From assembly GCA_001600815.1 (NCBI GenBank), contig BCKZ01000017.1, positions 584,213 to 604,212 of the forward strand: 20,000 nucleotides of DNA, given 5' to 3'. Shown one piece after another: positions 1 to 11,210 of the stretch. This DNA is from Alloascoidea hylecoeti (lineage: Eukaryota). Both the position numbers and the translations under genes were made by a program. The notes beneath the pieces were generated by a model. That model worked only from the letters and a program-made list of their open reading frames with translations. It was not told the DNA's origin and ran no database searches. Within the stretch, counting starts at the first letter, position 1; each line of letters begins with the position of its first letter.

Positions 1-399
1 GAAGGCAACAGCTAATTCACCCAATGCATGTACAGTTGAATAAATCATAATACCAATTAAAAACCAAGCAATAAGTAAAGCAGCTGGACCACCAGTTGAT
101 AAAGCTTTGCCTGAACCAATGAATAAACCTGTACCAATAGCACCACCAATAGCGATCATTTGAATGTGTCTATTTTTCAATTTTCTTGCTAATGGAGAGT
201 TAGCAGTTGCAGCAAGAGCCTTTTCAGCATCAGTAAGATTTGGGTCTAACTCAGCCATCTCAAAACGTTTGAAGGAGTCTTTAAAAGACTGCCATTGAGA
301 TATACTCTTTGCTTCTGTGTAGATCTCATCGACCTGTGTATCAGCAATGTTTGTGGCTGGGGCCTTTTTCTCCTCAGTGTCAGTTGAGTTTCTTGACAT
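1..399 (-). CDS. GAP1: General amino acid permease (YAT/APC family), 5' part; continues beyond the left edge
   Basis: ATG at 399-397 opens a frame to base 1 (absent from the ORF track because it has no stop): MSRNSTDTEEKKAP...FKDSFKRFEMAELDPNLTDAEKALAATANSPLARKLKNRHIQMIAIGGAIGTGLFIGSGKALSTGGPAALLIAW...VHALGELAVAF. LKNRHIQMIAIGGAIGTGLF is the yeast amino acid transporter TM1 signature. FKDSFKR and LTDAEK..A.TA.SPL are GAP1-like. Confidence 0.92.
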   Translation of the reverse strand, partial: MSRNSTDTEEKKAPATNIADTQVDEIYTEAKSISQWQSFKDSFKRFEMAELDPNLTDAEKALAATANSPLARKLKNRHIQMIAIGGAIGTGLFIGSGKALSTGGPAALLIAWFLIGIMIYSTVHALGELAVAF

Positions 400-619
400 T
401 TTGATACTGCACTAATTATTGAAGTTAAAATTGACAAAACTTGACGAAACTCTCAATTAGCAAAATAACAAAAAGGGTTAAAGTGTCCTTTATATATGAA
501 AGCGGGAAAGTAATAATTGCCAAGCTCGGAAAGATTTCTTGGTCAAAACTAAGCATAATTAAATTAAATTTAAACTACATTGGCATATTTTACATTGGAT
601 ATTAAGCAACTGTAAATGC

Positions 620-671
620 CTTATCTTGTATAAAGTGGGTTATAAATTAATAATGTTTCATACAAGATAAG
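620..671. promoter_or_regulatory. Pair of GATAAG (GATA-factor, nitrogen catabolite repression) sites in a 12-bp inverted repeat upstream of GAP1
   Basis: CTTATCTTGTAT (620-631) and ATACAAGATAAG (660-671) are exact reverse complements, each containing GATAAG, 220-270 bp upstream of the GAP1 ATG. GAP1 is a known Gln3/Gat1 target in yeasts. Confidence 0.6.
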
Positions 672-2175
672 TAACATATTATAATAATTTAGGAACGGCA
701 AATAATATTTCTCTAATATTAATCCTTTAAATGTAAATTTTTTGCAGAAGGAACCAATCATAATTATGATGCAGTCAGCATTAATACAATAGATAATGCA
801 TTCATACATATATTTATGCCAACCAGAACTCCCGATCTACTGCAACAATTTTAAATGAATTTTGCATTTCTACTTATGGCTTGAATTTATTAATCTTTCA
901 TTGTTGCTTATTGGATAAAAGTTCAAAAAGTATTATCATGCTTATATTTTCGTAGATAAAAATTAATGTACCAGCAGCTATGTGCCTAAAATTGGCCACC
1001 TTCCATGTCGATATCGATTATACATACTTCGATAATTATGTATGATTTTGAACATAACCGATTAAAAATATGGATGTCTATGGCCTATAGCCTTATATAA
1101 GTTCAAGTTATATTCATAACATATAGCCAGGTGTAAGCTTAGTTTAATTATATAAACATCTATATACAATTTTAGATTTGATTTTATTAAAGCATATATA
1201 CCGTTTTTTTCCTACAATTGGTAGTATTAATTATTATTACGTACTCGTATAGCTCATTATATGATCATCTAGAAAGAACCAATAGTAATTAGGTATTAAT
1301 GAGCCTTACATATGGTTGCCACTACGTTTCATTCGAATTCAGATATTGATATCTGAGGTTAAGTTAACCACAATTTAAAGATTAGTAAACATGATCATGG
1401 AATCGAAATATATCGCTAATGTTATAGGCTTCATGATGAATATCACATAAATATCCACAACTAATTAGTTCAGAGCGTCAGACCATATTTGTATGATTTT
1501 AGGTTCTACATAGATAGCCGTCAATAGTTCTGTATAAGTGCGTGCAACACCTTTTCAATCTATACATTATTATTGGAATGTTCTAAATGTTCGGCTAAAG
1601 CTTCTATATGTAAGTGTCGCATCAGATTCGGTAGCTAGGGTCCAACGGTGTTTCACTCGAAAACGCATAACGACCTTGAGCAATGCTGTTTATCCACCTC
1701 TTGGTATACTTTATTTGAAAATATCTCAAGGAATCAATCATTTTTGACATTTTGAAATATAAAATGATTATGGATTCAAGCTGACATCCAAGTTCCTCTA
1801 ATTAAGTACAACGAAAAGGATATTCAGATCTAGATATTTCAATGTTATGTCGTGTGAGATTAAAGATAATGACGCAAGTATTATTGAGACGCAATTAATT
1901 TTTGTGTATTCCCATATAAGTAACCGGCGGGTAAATCAAATCTAAATCATTTGGTTATTGCAACGCATTAAATCAGACTTTAAGATATAGTTAGAATAGA
2001 TGAAGTAGACATCGAACTGTATTGGATGCTCTACCAGTTCGGCGGGGGATTTGAATGCAGAGAATTATAATTATTTGTTTCGCCGATTTATTTTTCAATC
2101 TTGCTTAAAACAAGCTTAATCTTCAATCATATTTGATACACTAACTACAATCTTTTAACTCCAAAATTGCCTTAG

Positions 2176-2358
2176 AAGCCAGATCGGGAATCATTCACTG
2201 AATTTCCAACTTCAGCAATTCAACTGACTAAAGATTTTGAGAAGGCCAATTTCGGTGGAATACAATCCGATGTCACGGTTTACTCAGTTCAACAACTTAA
2301 GCTATTTACTCCAGACATAGATACAAAGTTACAACCCCAAGATTCCACTCAATCATAG
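2176..2358 (+). other. Possible orphan terminal exon or gene relic
   Basis: Branch-like CACTAAC (2139-2145) and a TTAG acceptor (ends 2175) precede 60 open codons KPDRESFTEFPTSAIQLTKDFEKANFGGIQSDV...QDSTQS*. No convincing upstream exon was found. Confidence 0.25.
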
Positions 2359-3499
2359 GCCCATTCACACACACTACATACGAAAAGATGTATCATCCAT
2401 CGTATCATATTTCACCCTTGATATTACAATACAATTGAAATTAGAATATTTGCTCATTCCCTATAATTATGAGTTTATGGTGTGTATTGAAAATTATTAG
2501 TCTAAAGTAATATTGTTCTTTTACTTTATTTTATCTGATCAATATGTTTCCTAAAGATCTGTATGCTATGTTTTATCACACTCTATGCCATGTTTTATAA
2601 ACGCCCTTTTTTCTTTTTGGGACACCACTCCAGAGAAATCCCCAAGAACCCTTCTCATATGGGCTGGAATTTGGAAAGGTGGTTGTAATTTACTGTTTAG
2701 AATGATTGTAGAATCGTAATTCTAATACTTCATGCCTCGTAGCGTGGAACTCGTTCATGGTGTTAAGGGTGCGCGCTAACACGAAATACTTCACCCAAAA
2801 TGTCACTTTATAAAAGTGGAGATCCCAGAGAACGCATAACTTTAGGGTTGACCCGGCTGTATTTCAATCAGCTGCTCTCAGTGGTTTTATGGGGTCAATT
2901 TTCTCAATTGCTATAGAATAGAATACCATAATGGGGGGTAAACATCTTGTAGAATGGGCTATATTTCCTTTACTTATATGTCAGGAAACTTAGGATAGTC
3001 TTAGATAATTTGGCTCTCAATGTTAATAAACTCAACTTATAAGTTTTCTCAACACTAGCTCTAATCATTAAGGTAACCTTGAGACACTTTTAAATCCAAG
3101 CTTGAATTATAAGCTCAATCTATTAAAATATTAATTGCAATCGGAAAGTGTACAAAGTACAATAATTATTTTAAAGACTATTCTGGTTATACTCTCAAAT
3201 TCATATATAGTAAAGGCTTTTAGATCTACAACAAGCATATGCCCGCTATAATTTAGAGTTTAATATAATAACTGTATATGCCCTGAACTAATAGAAGTAA
3301 TTGAGAATGTCTATAATGTTATAAAACATATTCTTCCATTATAATTAATATTATGATTAAAACGTCATATAATTACTAACTACATATAGTATTTATTCAA
3401 ATCATATTAATTATAATCTATAATATACACTCTATTGCAATTGTTGTTTTATTAGTATTGAGTTAATATTAATGTTCCACAGCGCCGGAACAACCCTTT

Positions 3500-3920
3500 T
3501 CCCAGAAAATCGTCTCGAAATATTCTCTGCAAAACTCAATTTTACCCCAAATTGGTCAATATCAAAAGCAAAAATGGCCCAGAAACCGAGAAAAGCTCAA
3601 AAATTAGAGGACACAACTCTAGACGCTCTTACAAAGATTGTTGCGCTATTCGTCAGCATCTGTCTGATTTTCTTAAACGGGAATTAGGTTTAGATCTGTC
3701 GATAGAAAAGACAGCTATTATACCTGCGAAGGAAAAATACGCGAATTTTCTGGGTTTCAAAATAAGGATAACTCCTTACGAGAAACGATGCAAGATATCA
3801 TGGAGTGAACACAACTACACTGAGAGCCCGCATAAGTAGAGTTGTTTCCTAAGATATCAGCAATCAATTGAAGCAAAAGCTTACTGTTCTGGAGGAGACC
3901 AAAATCACACCGAATATTCA
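3500..3920 (+). pseudogene. Degenerate group II intron reverse transcriptase/maturase fragment (probable NUMT)
   Basis: SYKDCCAIRQHLSDFLKRELGLDLSIEKTAIIPAKEKYANFLGFKIRITPYEKR (~3627-3788) matches the post-YADD RT6-RT7 segment of fungal mitochondrial group II intron proteins (recalled pattern GSKxDCxxIKxxLxxFLxxLGLxxNxEKTxI...FLGYxIxITP). ISKAKM in the overlapping 3472 frame and EAKAYC downstream look like frameshifted continuations. The YADD motif itself is absent. Confidence 0.78.
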
Positions 3921-6179
3921 AGAAATATCAAATTTTGGATGTGCTTCAGATAAAACACATTATTTTGTATGATTGATTATTATATATATTGAGATGTTTT
4001 TTAAGAAGGATAGAAAATTGTAGAAGTTTAAAACAATTGGGTGATTGGCATCATACGACTAACTTATGGCTCAATGGCTTTTAAAATCGATATCCCAATG
4101 AGAAATATAAGCGCGTAACGTCACTGGATACCTTCAGATTCTTTGCCTCGGATGATTATAATGTGTAATACTGGTTATCGAAGAGTTTCATAAACAGAAT
4201 ATGAAATATTTGGCCGATTTTGTGTAAGAAAGAAACACGATTGAGTCCAATCAGTGATACTATAGCTATATAGATGTTCCAGAGTCACAAAAAGCCCTCA
4301 ATCCACTGAAACGTTTGAAGGGGAAATCTTCTATAATGTATGAAGGTAGGGGGATTACTAAGTTTATACCCAGTCTCAACATTATGAATGATGTGAAGAA
4401 AATGGCATCTTCATGACGCATTCCAGCTCCCAAACGACACGAAATGCTTGTAAAATCTTTAAAAAAATATCACGATGGTTCTGTGACTTTCCTAATATGA
4501 ACGCCTTTTATATATTTAACCAATAACTAAAATTTTTAAAATTTTAAAAATGTTTTAGTTTAAGGCTTCTAGTGGTTGTTACAAGAGAACTAAAGTGCTC
4601 ACATGTTAGCTACAGGTATATACCCATCAATTTAATGACATCGCAAATGTTGTAATAATCCAACCCAAAATATTCGCTAATAACTATGAGAGGTGACACA
4701 ATGAATCTAGAAGCGCAAAAAGTGTTCGCTACACCAAATTGTGAATAAGATTTTTAATGATAAGCTAGATGAGTCAATTAATTCATTTGCTTATGCTGAA
4801 ATGGGTGATAAAGCACTGCTCAAATTGTAGTGGTAAATGTTTGATTCTATATTCTGTTGCGCTTTGGCACGACAACTTACATTCATTCAGCGGTTCTTAT
4901 GGATATCGCACGCGGCTTAATTGTTGAGTAAAGCCTATTAATATTGTTTATTATTAAATGAATCAAGTTTAAGTTAAAACATTCAACATTCCTACAATTA
5001 CCACTAGTTTGTGATTTTATATGCATATATGAATGATTCACAAAATACACAACAACGGGCAAAGGGACTGTAGTATAATCTGTAGATACAGTATTTATGT
5101 TAGATAAATTTTGGATTAGACTATTAATATTATAATATTTATCAACATGAGAATTGATTATGACATGATCATTCCACGTTCATGAAATATGGAACATGAT
5201 CTGCAGTCGCAATATTAGTTTCTATTTAGTATGTAAGGTAGAAGATCCAAACGCGACAAATGTGATTAAAAGATTTAACTTTCTTAATAATTAAAAAAGT
5301 TAGTATAATTACTATAGTGGAACTTCAGTTTTTCATATGATGTTTGCGGATATCATGCGATTATATATCATGCGTATATGCTGCGTATATTGATGTTCGG
5401 AGAATCGTGATAGTTTTATTTAAATTTTACACAACCAGTATTGATTGATATTACATGTATAACTTCTCGTAAGGTAAAATTATAATAATATTATTGAGCT
5501 TGTAAAAGTAAAATTAATAAACTAGAAAAACTGTGAAAACTAAGGAAAAGACATTTTACAAGTTAACAGAAAAGATTGAAGATTGATCCAATCGAATTAC
5601 ATCTCAGACCCAACAAGTACTAGTCCCTTACTATAACGGTTTATTTCAGAAGTCTCACAGTTCAGGCCAAATGAACGTTTAGCGCCACCGCACGCACCGC
5701 ATTCGCCATAGTTAAGAAGCGTTTTCATATAATGATGTGCATCTGCATAAAGCTAATAGATGTTACCTTATCCACATGCTTGCATGCACATGCACACTGA
5801 AATATTTCTTTATACCGTAATCAGTATACAGTTGCATGCATTTCAGGGAGACCCAAAATTGTTTATTTTCAGTGACGCGGAGTAGGAACAAGATCTCACA
5901 AGTCTGGGAAGTTGGAACAGTGACACAGCCGAACCTCGTTACTTAATTAATTATATAATATACGATTTTATAGGATTATAATATACCTTAATCCACTAGA
6001 GTAATTTAATTACATACAGCGAATAATTACATGGTTCGTAAACCACAATAAGCTTATATATTATATAATCACTATTAAGTATATGAAATATTTTGATCTG
6101 GGTAATTCATTATAATATAATTACGACAACAAGCAATCCTAAATAATACTAAGACAATAATATAAAGATCAAATCGATA

Positions 6180-6780
6180 CTGCGAGCTTAAACTAGGTCT
6201 CTTATAAACATAATCATAAAATTCAAAGCTGCCAATGACAACACCACAATTAGGGGACAATTAATTAAAGCCATAGTAATTAGCAATTACAAAGATTTCA
6301 TAGCCTTCAAGAGGTCTACATTTGCCCGTCACATTTATAAGAATAACGATCGCGAATAAGCTCAATAACCAATACTAAATTATTGGAAATAATAAAAAAT
6401 AGGCACTACAAAATAAACCAGATAAACAGTGTATTAACCACGAATATGAATATCATTACTTTATAATTCGGGTGCAATAAATCTTAAATTATAATACCAT
6501 TTTAAAAGGTTTACTATTTTCCACCAAAAACCAGATGTTAACGTTTATTATATATAAAACTGTCTTTTTCCCCATAATTTTCCACTCATGATTATACGGG
6601 CTAAAGGAAGTAGTTGTTATTATAGTACATGCCATTCAGCTCAACTTTAGTGTAGCCTATATCCATGAATTGCTGAATATTATCAACAGCAAAGTTTGAA
6701 TACGGCGGTGAAAGCATAGCTGCAGAACAAGTGAAGTTCTAGACTATACATCTAAATATTACTGCAGAGATGTGAAACAT
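6180..6780 (-). pseudogene. Possible heavily decayed hexose transporter (sugar porter, HXT/GAL2-like) relic
   Basis: Collinear motif echoes across frames and stops: ISAVIFRCIV*NF, SNFAVDNIQQFMDIGYTKVELNGMYY, GKLWGKR, RFIA, PEL*SNDIHIRG, *R, PLIVV...MFI. These follow the Hxt order (LCLMVAF, SGF..M..F...G...GTYY, DxxGRK, RxIxG, SEIAPKHIRG, WR, PLGL..FVPES). Identified by eye only. Confidence 0.38.
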
Positions 6781-7547
6781 GCATGAACTTACTACATTTT
6801 CAGTGTCAAGCTTCCAAACAAACTATCCATAGAATATATACTCCACACATAGTTGTGATAAGTTATTAAATATCTAAATGTTTTATATCTAAGTTAAGGA
6901 ATATGATTGAAACCTTTTTAAACAACTTCGAATTCAAACTCAATTGCAAATATTTTATCATTGCAATAATAGTTTAAAGTTAACCTATTCAGTTGTTAAT
7001 CTTATGACCTAATGTATAACCGGTAAAGGAAACAAATTAAACAAAGCAAGAGAGTCAAAATAATTATAATGTTTTATTTAAATATGGTCTTAGAAGGATT
7101 TAAAATACGAGTTGGGCATATGACAGATAAAAATTTTAGAACATATTATTTGGTTTCTTATATAATTAATGCATCTCGACCCTCACAGTAATCAACGACG
7201 TGTAAGAAATAAAGGAGAAACAGACAGGGTTAAGATTCTATCATATAGGATTTCCTTTATAAACGACTTATAATTATCATTCAATTAATTGTTGCTAGGA
7301 AGCGTAAACAAATGAACAAAAATATTCCATCCACTGACCGGCCTTTATTTACATTAATATTAATATTGTTTATGTTTATCAAACTTTTCCTCTTTTTTAA
7401 ATTTGTTCACCCTGAAATAAATTCATCTTCTTGATGTTTTGAAAAATTTTAAAGAGTACTAAAACAAGAATTAGACGTCTGGATTTCTTAAGGTTCTATC
7501 CGTATTGTGATTCAGCTCTATCATCATACTTTAGCTTCTTTTACGTA

Positions 7548-9065
7548 ATGAATGTGGCAACGCCTAATAATGGCCATGGAGATAATACAGAACCTCCCGA
7601 TATTGGATCAGCATTTCACATGGACTCAATTGCGGTTACTTCCCAGTCGCAAACGCAGATATCTTCAGATAAACAGTTAGACCAGTCAAGCTTACCTCTA
7701 TCGCGATCTATACATCAAACAAGAAGTCAAACACACCAGATATTGTCATCTCAACATACTCCTCAATCAAATTCACCATCCCAAGCCCAACTCTCTATCA
7801 CCCAGCCTCAGTCACCAACTAATTTTGGGTCAGATGTCATACTTCCTCAGTCACGAAGAGAGTCACATTCATCTTCTTCTTCCTCAAGAAAAGTTCTTTG
7901 GACCGACGAAAAAGACGCGCTTCTAGTCGAGTCATTAGTTCAAGAGATCACAAAGGGAAATAGACCAAACAATATTTATAAGAAACAAGCTTGGGTGAAT
8001 ATAACACAAGCAGCAAATAAAACTGGTAGACATGCTACAGATAAGCAAGTTAAGAACAGATTTTCGGAAGTATGCATGATTTTAAGTTTTGATAATGCAA
8101 CATTATAATTATTGTTGTTATAATATATGAATACATGGCGTACTAACATTTCAAACTAGTTAAAAAAACAATTCATGGCTTGGTTAAAGCTTGTAAAAAA
8201 TCCTAATTTTCATTGGGACGATCAAGCGTGTCGGTTTAATGCTCCTTCTTCAACTTGGGAAGCCTATATTCCTGTAAGTATCAACAGTGCATAAGAGCGA
8301 GTGACTAAGTTAAGAGAGGACAGCTTTCAATTAACATAATATTTATAGAAAAACCCGGATGCTTCAAGGTTTAAATCAGGAACACACCCCTTAGTACCTC
8401 GACTAATTCCGGTCTTTGAGATTTATTTGGATTCTCCTCCTCCTCAGTTAGCAAGCACACATAGGCCGAGTGATATTCCTGTTTCAGTAGTCGGTAACGT
8501 TAGCGATTTTAGTTTCGAGAAAATTATGGAGGATGAGTTTTCCATGGGATCTGGTATCACGAACCCCGGCCGACATATCATTCCACAGCAGGTTTCACAG
8601 GTTAGCAAACGACCTCGCATTTCAGGTAGTGATTCAAGGCTGATTAGGACGAATACAAACACAAATGCAAATGCTATAACGTATGGATCTGAAGTATATG
8701 CAGAACCCCAAGCTCCCGTCAGATTGAACGCTGCAACAACTAGCACAACAACTCAAGCAGAAGGCTATGTTCGAAGATCTCAACCCCAATTACAAGGAGT
8801 ATCTAATACACAACAACAACTTACTACCTCTCTCACAAGTAGTAGTAATTCTGACGAACTTCTGATCGATTTCATTAGAACATTAGAACGATTGTATAAT
8901 AAAGGACTGATTGATTGGGATATGCTTTACAATTTCTGCCTAATACGAACCGATATTAAGTACACATTATCAATTATAGCGAAAGGATTACGAGATGATT
9001 TGTTATCCAGATTCCTCAAAACATGGTATGCTAAGCACAGCACAGGGCCTCCAAGCAATAGTTAA
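7548..9065 (+). CDS. Myb/SANT-like DNA-binding protein (Myb_DNA-bind_3 type, Harbinger ORF1-like); join(7548..8069,8160..8273,8349..9065), 450 aa
   Basis: Two phase-0 introns join the 7548 and 8427 ORFs through an unlisted 114-nt exon. The spliced product has WTDEKDALLVESLVQEITKGNRPNNIYKKQAWVNITQAANKTGRHATDKQVKNRFSE|LKKQFMAWLKLVKNPNFHWDDQACRFNAPSSTWEAYIP|KNPDASRFKSG, a typical Trp-spaced Myb/SANT-like domain. It is flanked by S/Q/T-rich low-complexity regions and ends in a small helical domain. Confidence 0.9.
8070..8159 (+). other. Spliceosomal intron 1 of the Myb/SANT gene (90 nt)
   Basis: GTATGC donor at 8070, TACTAAC branch at 8141-8147, TAG acceptor ending at 8159. Removal preserves frame and domain. 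Confidence 0.9.
8274..8348 (+). other. Spliceosomal intron 2 of the Myb/SANT gene (75 nt)
   Basis: GTAAGT donor at 8274, AATTAAC branch-like site at 8329-8335, TAG acceptor ending at 8348. The downstream exon is in frame with the 8427 ORF. Confidence 0.85.
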
Positions 9066-9127
9066 TGACAATAACATCAATATTGGTCGATGGTTAATTT
9101 TGGATTTACAATTGGTCCTTCAAGCTT

Positions 9128-9479
9128 TCAACAGATTTTAATCATTCTATTTTTGTATCCTATTCTTGTAACTACTGATTTTTTATAATATAAGCAAGCA
9201 ATTGAAACCAACATTTTCTTTATTGGACCACTTTTCCTTCTATGGCAAGGAGCATATATTGCGATCACAATTGAGACGCGAATTCGAAGAGTTTTGAATT
9301 AATAATCATAGGTGTGCATCCTCATATAGGCCTATAACATTCATCTTTTTTTTGTTGAAATATTTATATATTAAAATTGTTGTAATATCTTGACTGCTAC
9401 CATTGTATACTATTGCAAACACATTACCATTATTATTAGCAACTGCTTGGGACTCCGGAGTGACTATTTTCAAAATATA
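9128..9479 (-). mobile_element. Possible decayed non-LTR retrotransposon APE endonuclease relic
   Basis: Frame A (9479-9306): VFAIVYNG...YKYFNKKKMNVIGLYEDAH, resembling TxNVxG...DVIxLQETH. Frame B (9298-9128): IVIAIYAPCHRRKSGPIKKML...VVTRIGYKN, resembling NIYAP...IKQVL...IMGDFN. The spacing between the two blocks needs a deletion. Confidence 0.33.
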
Positions 9480-10946
9480 CGTATACGTATTAAGTAAGTA
9501 GCATTGATATTTGTTTGTCTAAATCGATTCCCAGAAGATCAACATTAAGGTTAACAATAGAAAATTTTCAGATGTAGATTTACTAGAATCGCCATTTTAA
9601 GGCTATGCGACCAATTGCAGATCAGTTATATATTGTTACTTAATTATCCGGTCTGTATTATTATTGTGGGTCTTTAGTCTAATACAATTGGTGATTATAA
9701 ATCATAATGAAGTTGCACAACATTTGCAATACGCAGTTACATTTCTAAGCTCGAAACTGCCACAAAGTCGATCAATGAGTCATCATTAAAAATTTTCAAA
9801 GATCACAATTTCTCAAATCTAACTGCAGCTGTATGTATATTGAAAATTTAACAGTGATTTCGGACTACAACAATAAAAAGAAAAATTTTCAATTATGTCC
9901 AAAAGTGATTCATGCAATGTAAAATTATTCAGATAAGATTTAATGCTTATAATTATAATTTAGTATCTAAATGTACGTACTACGTATGATGCATATATAC
10001 CGGATCCTATTGTTTAAGTAGTTGGAACTTGGGGGTATTATTTTAAAACTTGTCTATGTAATTATAATTAGCTAACTTATATACGGATAATTAATAATTA
10101 CATGTAGAATCTGTTACATCTGTATTTATAGTGAATAGTTAATCGGTGATCATCGGCTCGAGTATAAACGATAATACTCTATGGATAATAGTTGAATATT
10201 GATATAGAATTTCAAAATTGCAGCCGATTATAATAATTATAAATACCAATACATTACTTAAATTTTTTGTCGTAAACGTATAGTATACAAAATCATTTGA
10301 ATTTTTAATTAGTAAATAGATCTGGTTTATAAATTATAATGCTGATGTTGGATCACATTTTACGAGAACTTTTTAAATTTACGATGTGAATCCTTGTCAA
10401 TTACCACTAAACACTTTAAATTCAAGATTAATATATTACAGCGGCGATACCGGCTTATATATTTTAAAGTTGCATCGCTAGTAGGTCTGTATTTCAACTT
10501 TCAGGCATACTGCAATTTCGGGAGCGATTGATATTTTTGATAAATATACCGAATATTTTAAAAATTAACTACGGATAAATATACACTAGTAAACTAAAAT
10601 ATTTTAACAAAATATCTTTTATTGATGTTTAATTGTTTATAAAACTTAATTAATAATGGGAGTGCTTTGTAATTATAAGATAAATTGTTAATTTCTCAGT
10701 GCTTAACCTGCATTTGGTAATCATATTGAATTTTATTTAACCAATATTCATAAAAATAATTAGTTACCTAACAGATGAGACACGACAGACGTTATTATAT
10801 ATTTGCAATATCAGTATAATATTAGCTATCCCTTTAGATTATACAGCCATGTATAGGTTTAGGGAAGATATATGATAACAAATATTAATATTCAGTTGGA
10901 ATAATAACTGTAAGTACTTTTTCAAAACTTATGTTAAGCGCACAGA

Positions 10947-11210
10947 TTCATTTAATTTCAGCCATGTAATACACTAATGTTCAGTCATTCCGATTATTTA
11001 TTATCAAACATCGTATACACTAAATATTCGCCCAAACGCTGCACTATTGTTGGACCACGTGAGGCACTAATAAATCGGCTGACATTAATTCTAGGCCGTG
11101 TTGACGAATAAATGTCGGCCATTTGATTCACTAAAAAACTGCTCAAATGATACACTAATGTTCGGCCATTCCTAATACAAGTTTTCGGGACCTTAATTAT
11201 TGGCCTCATG
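10947..11210. repeat. Degenerate ~23-bp tandem array (~12 units), consensus approximately TACACTAATGTTCGGCCATNTGA
   Basis: Units: ttcatttaatttcagccatgtaa (10947), tacactaatgttcagtcattccga (10970), ttatttattatcaaacatcgta (10994), tacactaaatattcgcccaaacgc (11016), tgcactattgttggaccacgtga (11040), ggcactaataaatcggctga (11063), cattaattctaggccgtgttga (11083), cgaataaatgtcggccatttga (11105), ttcactaaaaaactgctcaaatga (11127), tacactaatgttcggccattccta (11151), plus weaker units to ~11210. Confidence 0.75.

Noticed and set aside
246..437. 63-aa minus-strand ORF
   Set aside because: Out-of-frame overlap with the real GAP1 frame.
1087..1099. 13-bp exact match to 16839-16851 (ATAGCCTTATATA)
   Set aside because: Does not extend, and is plausible by chance in AT-rich DNA.
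2769..2785. GTGCG as the 5' end of the group II intron
   Set aside because: A five-base match only, with no recognisable domain V or exon context.
5346..5392. Short TATCATGCG/TGCGTATAT repeats
   Set aside because: Two-copy micro-duplications with no larger structure.
8444..8746. 100-aa minus-strand ORF
   Set aside because: Antisense shadow of Myb gene exon 3.
11055..11063. CACGTGA as the CDEI of a point centromere
   Set aside because: Lies inside a repeat unit, with no adjacent very AT-rich CDEII followed by a CDEIII.
10994..11209. 71-aa minus-strand ORF
   Set aside because: Coincides with the tandem array and has no recognisable protein features.
10947..11210. CRISPR-like array
   Set aside because: Units are contiguous and degenerate with no unique spacers, there are no cas genes, and the context is eukaryotic.
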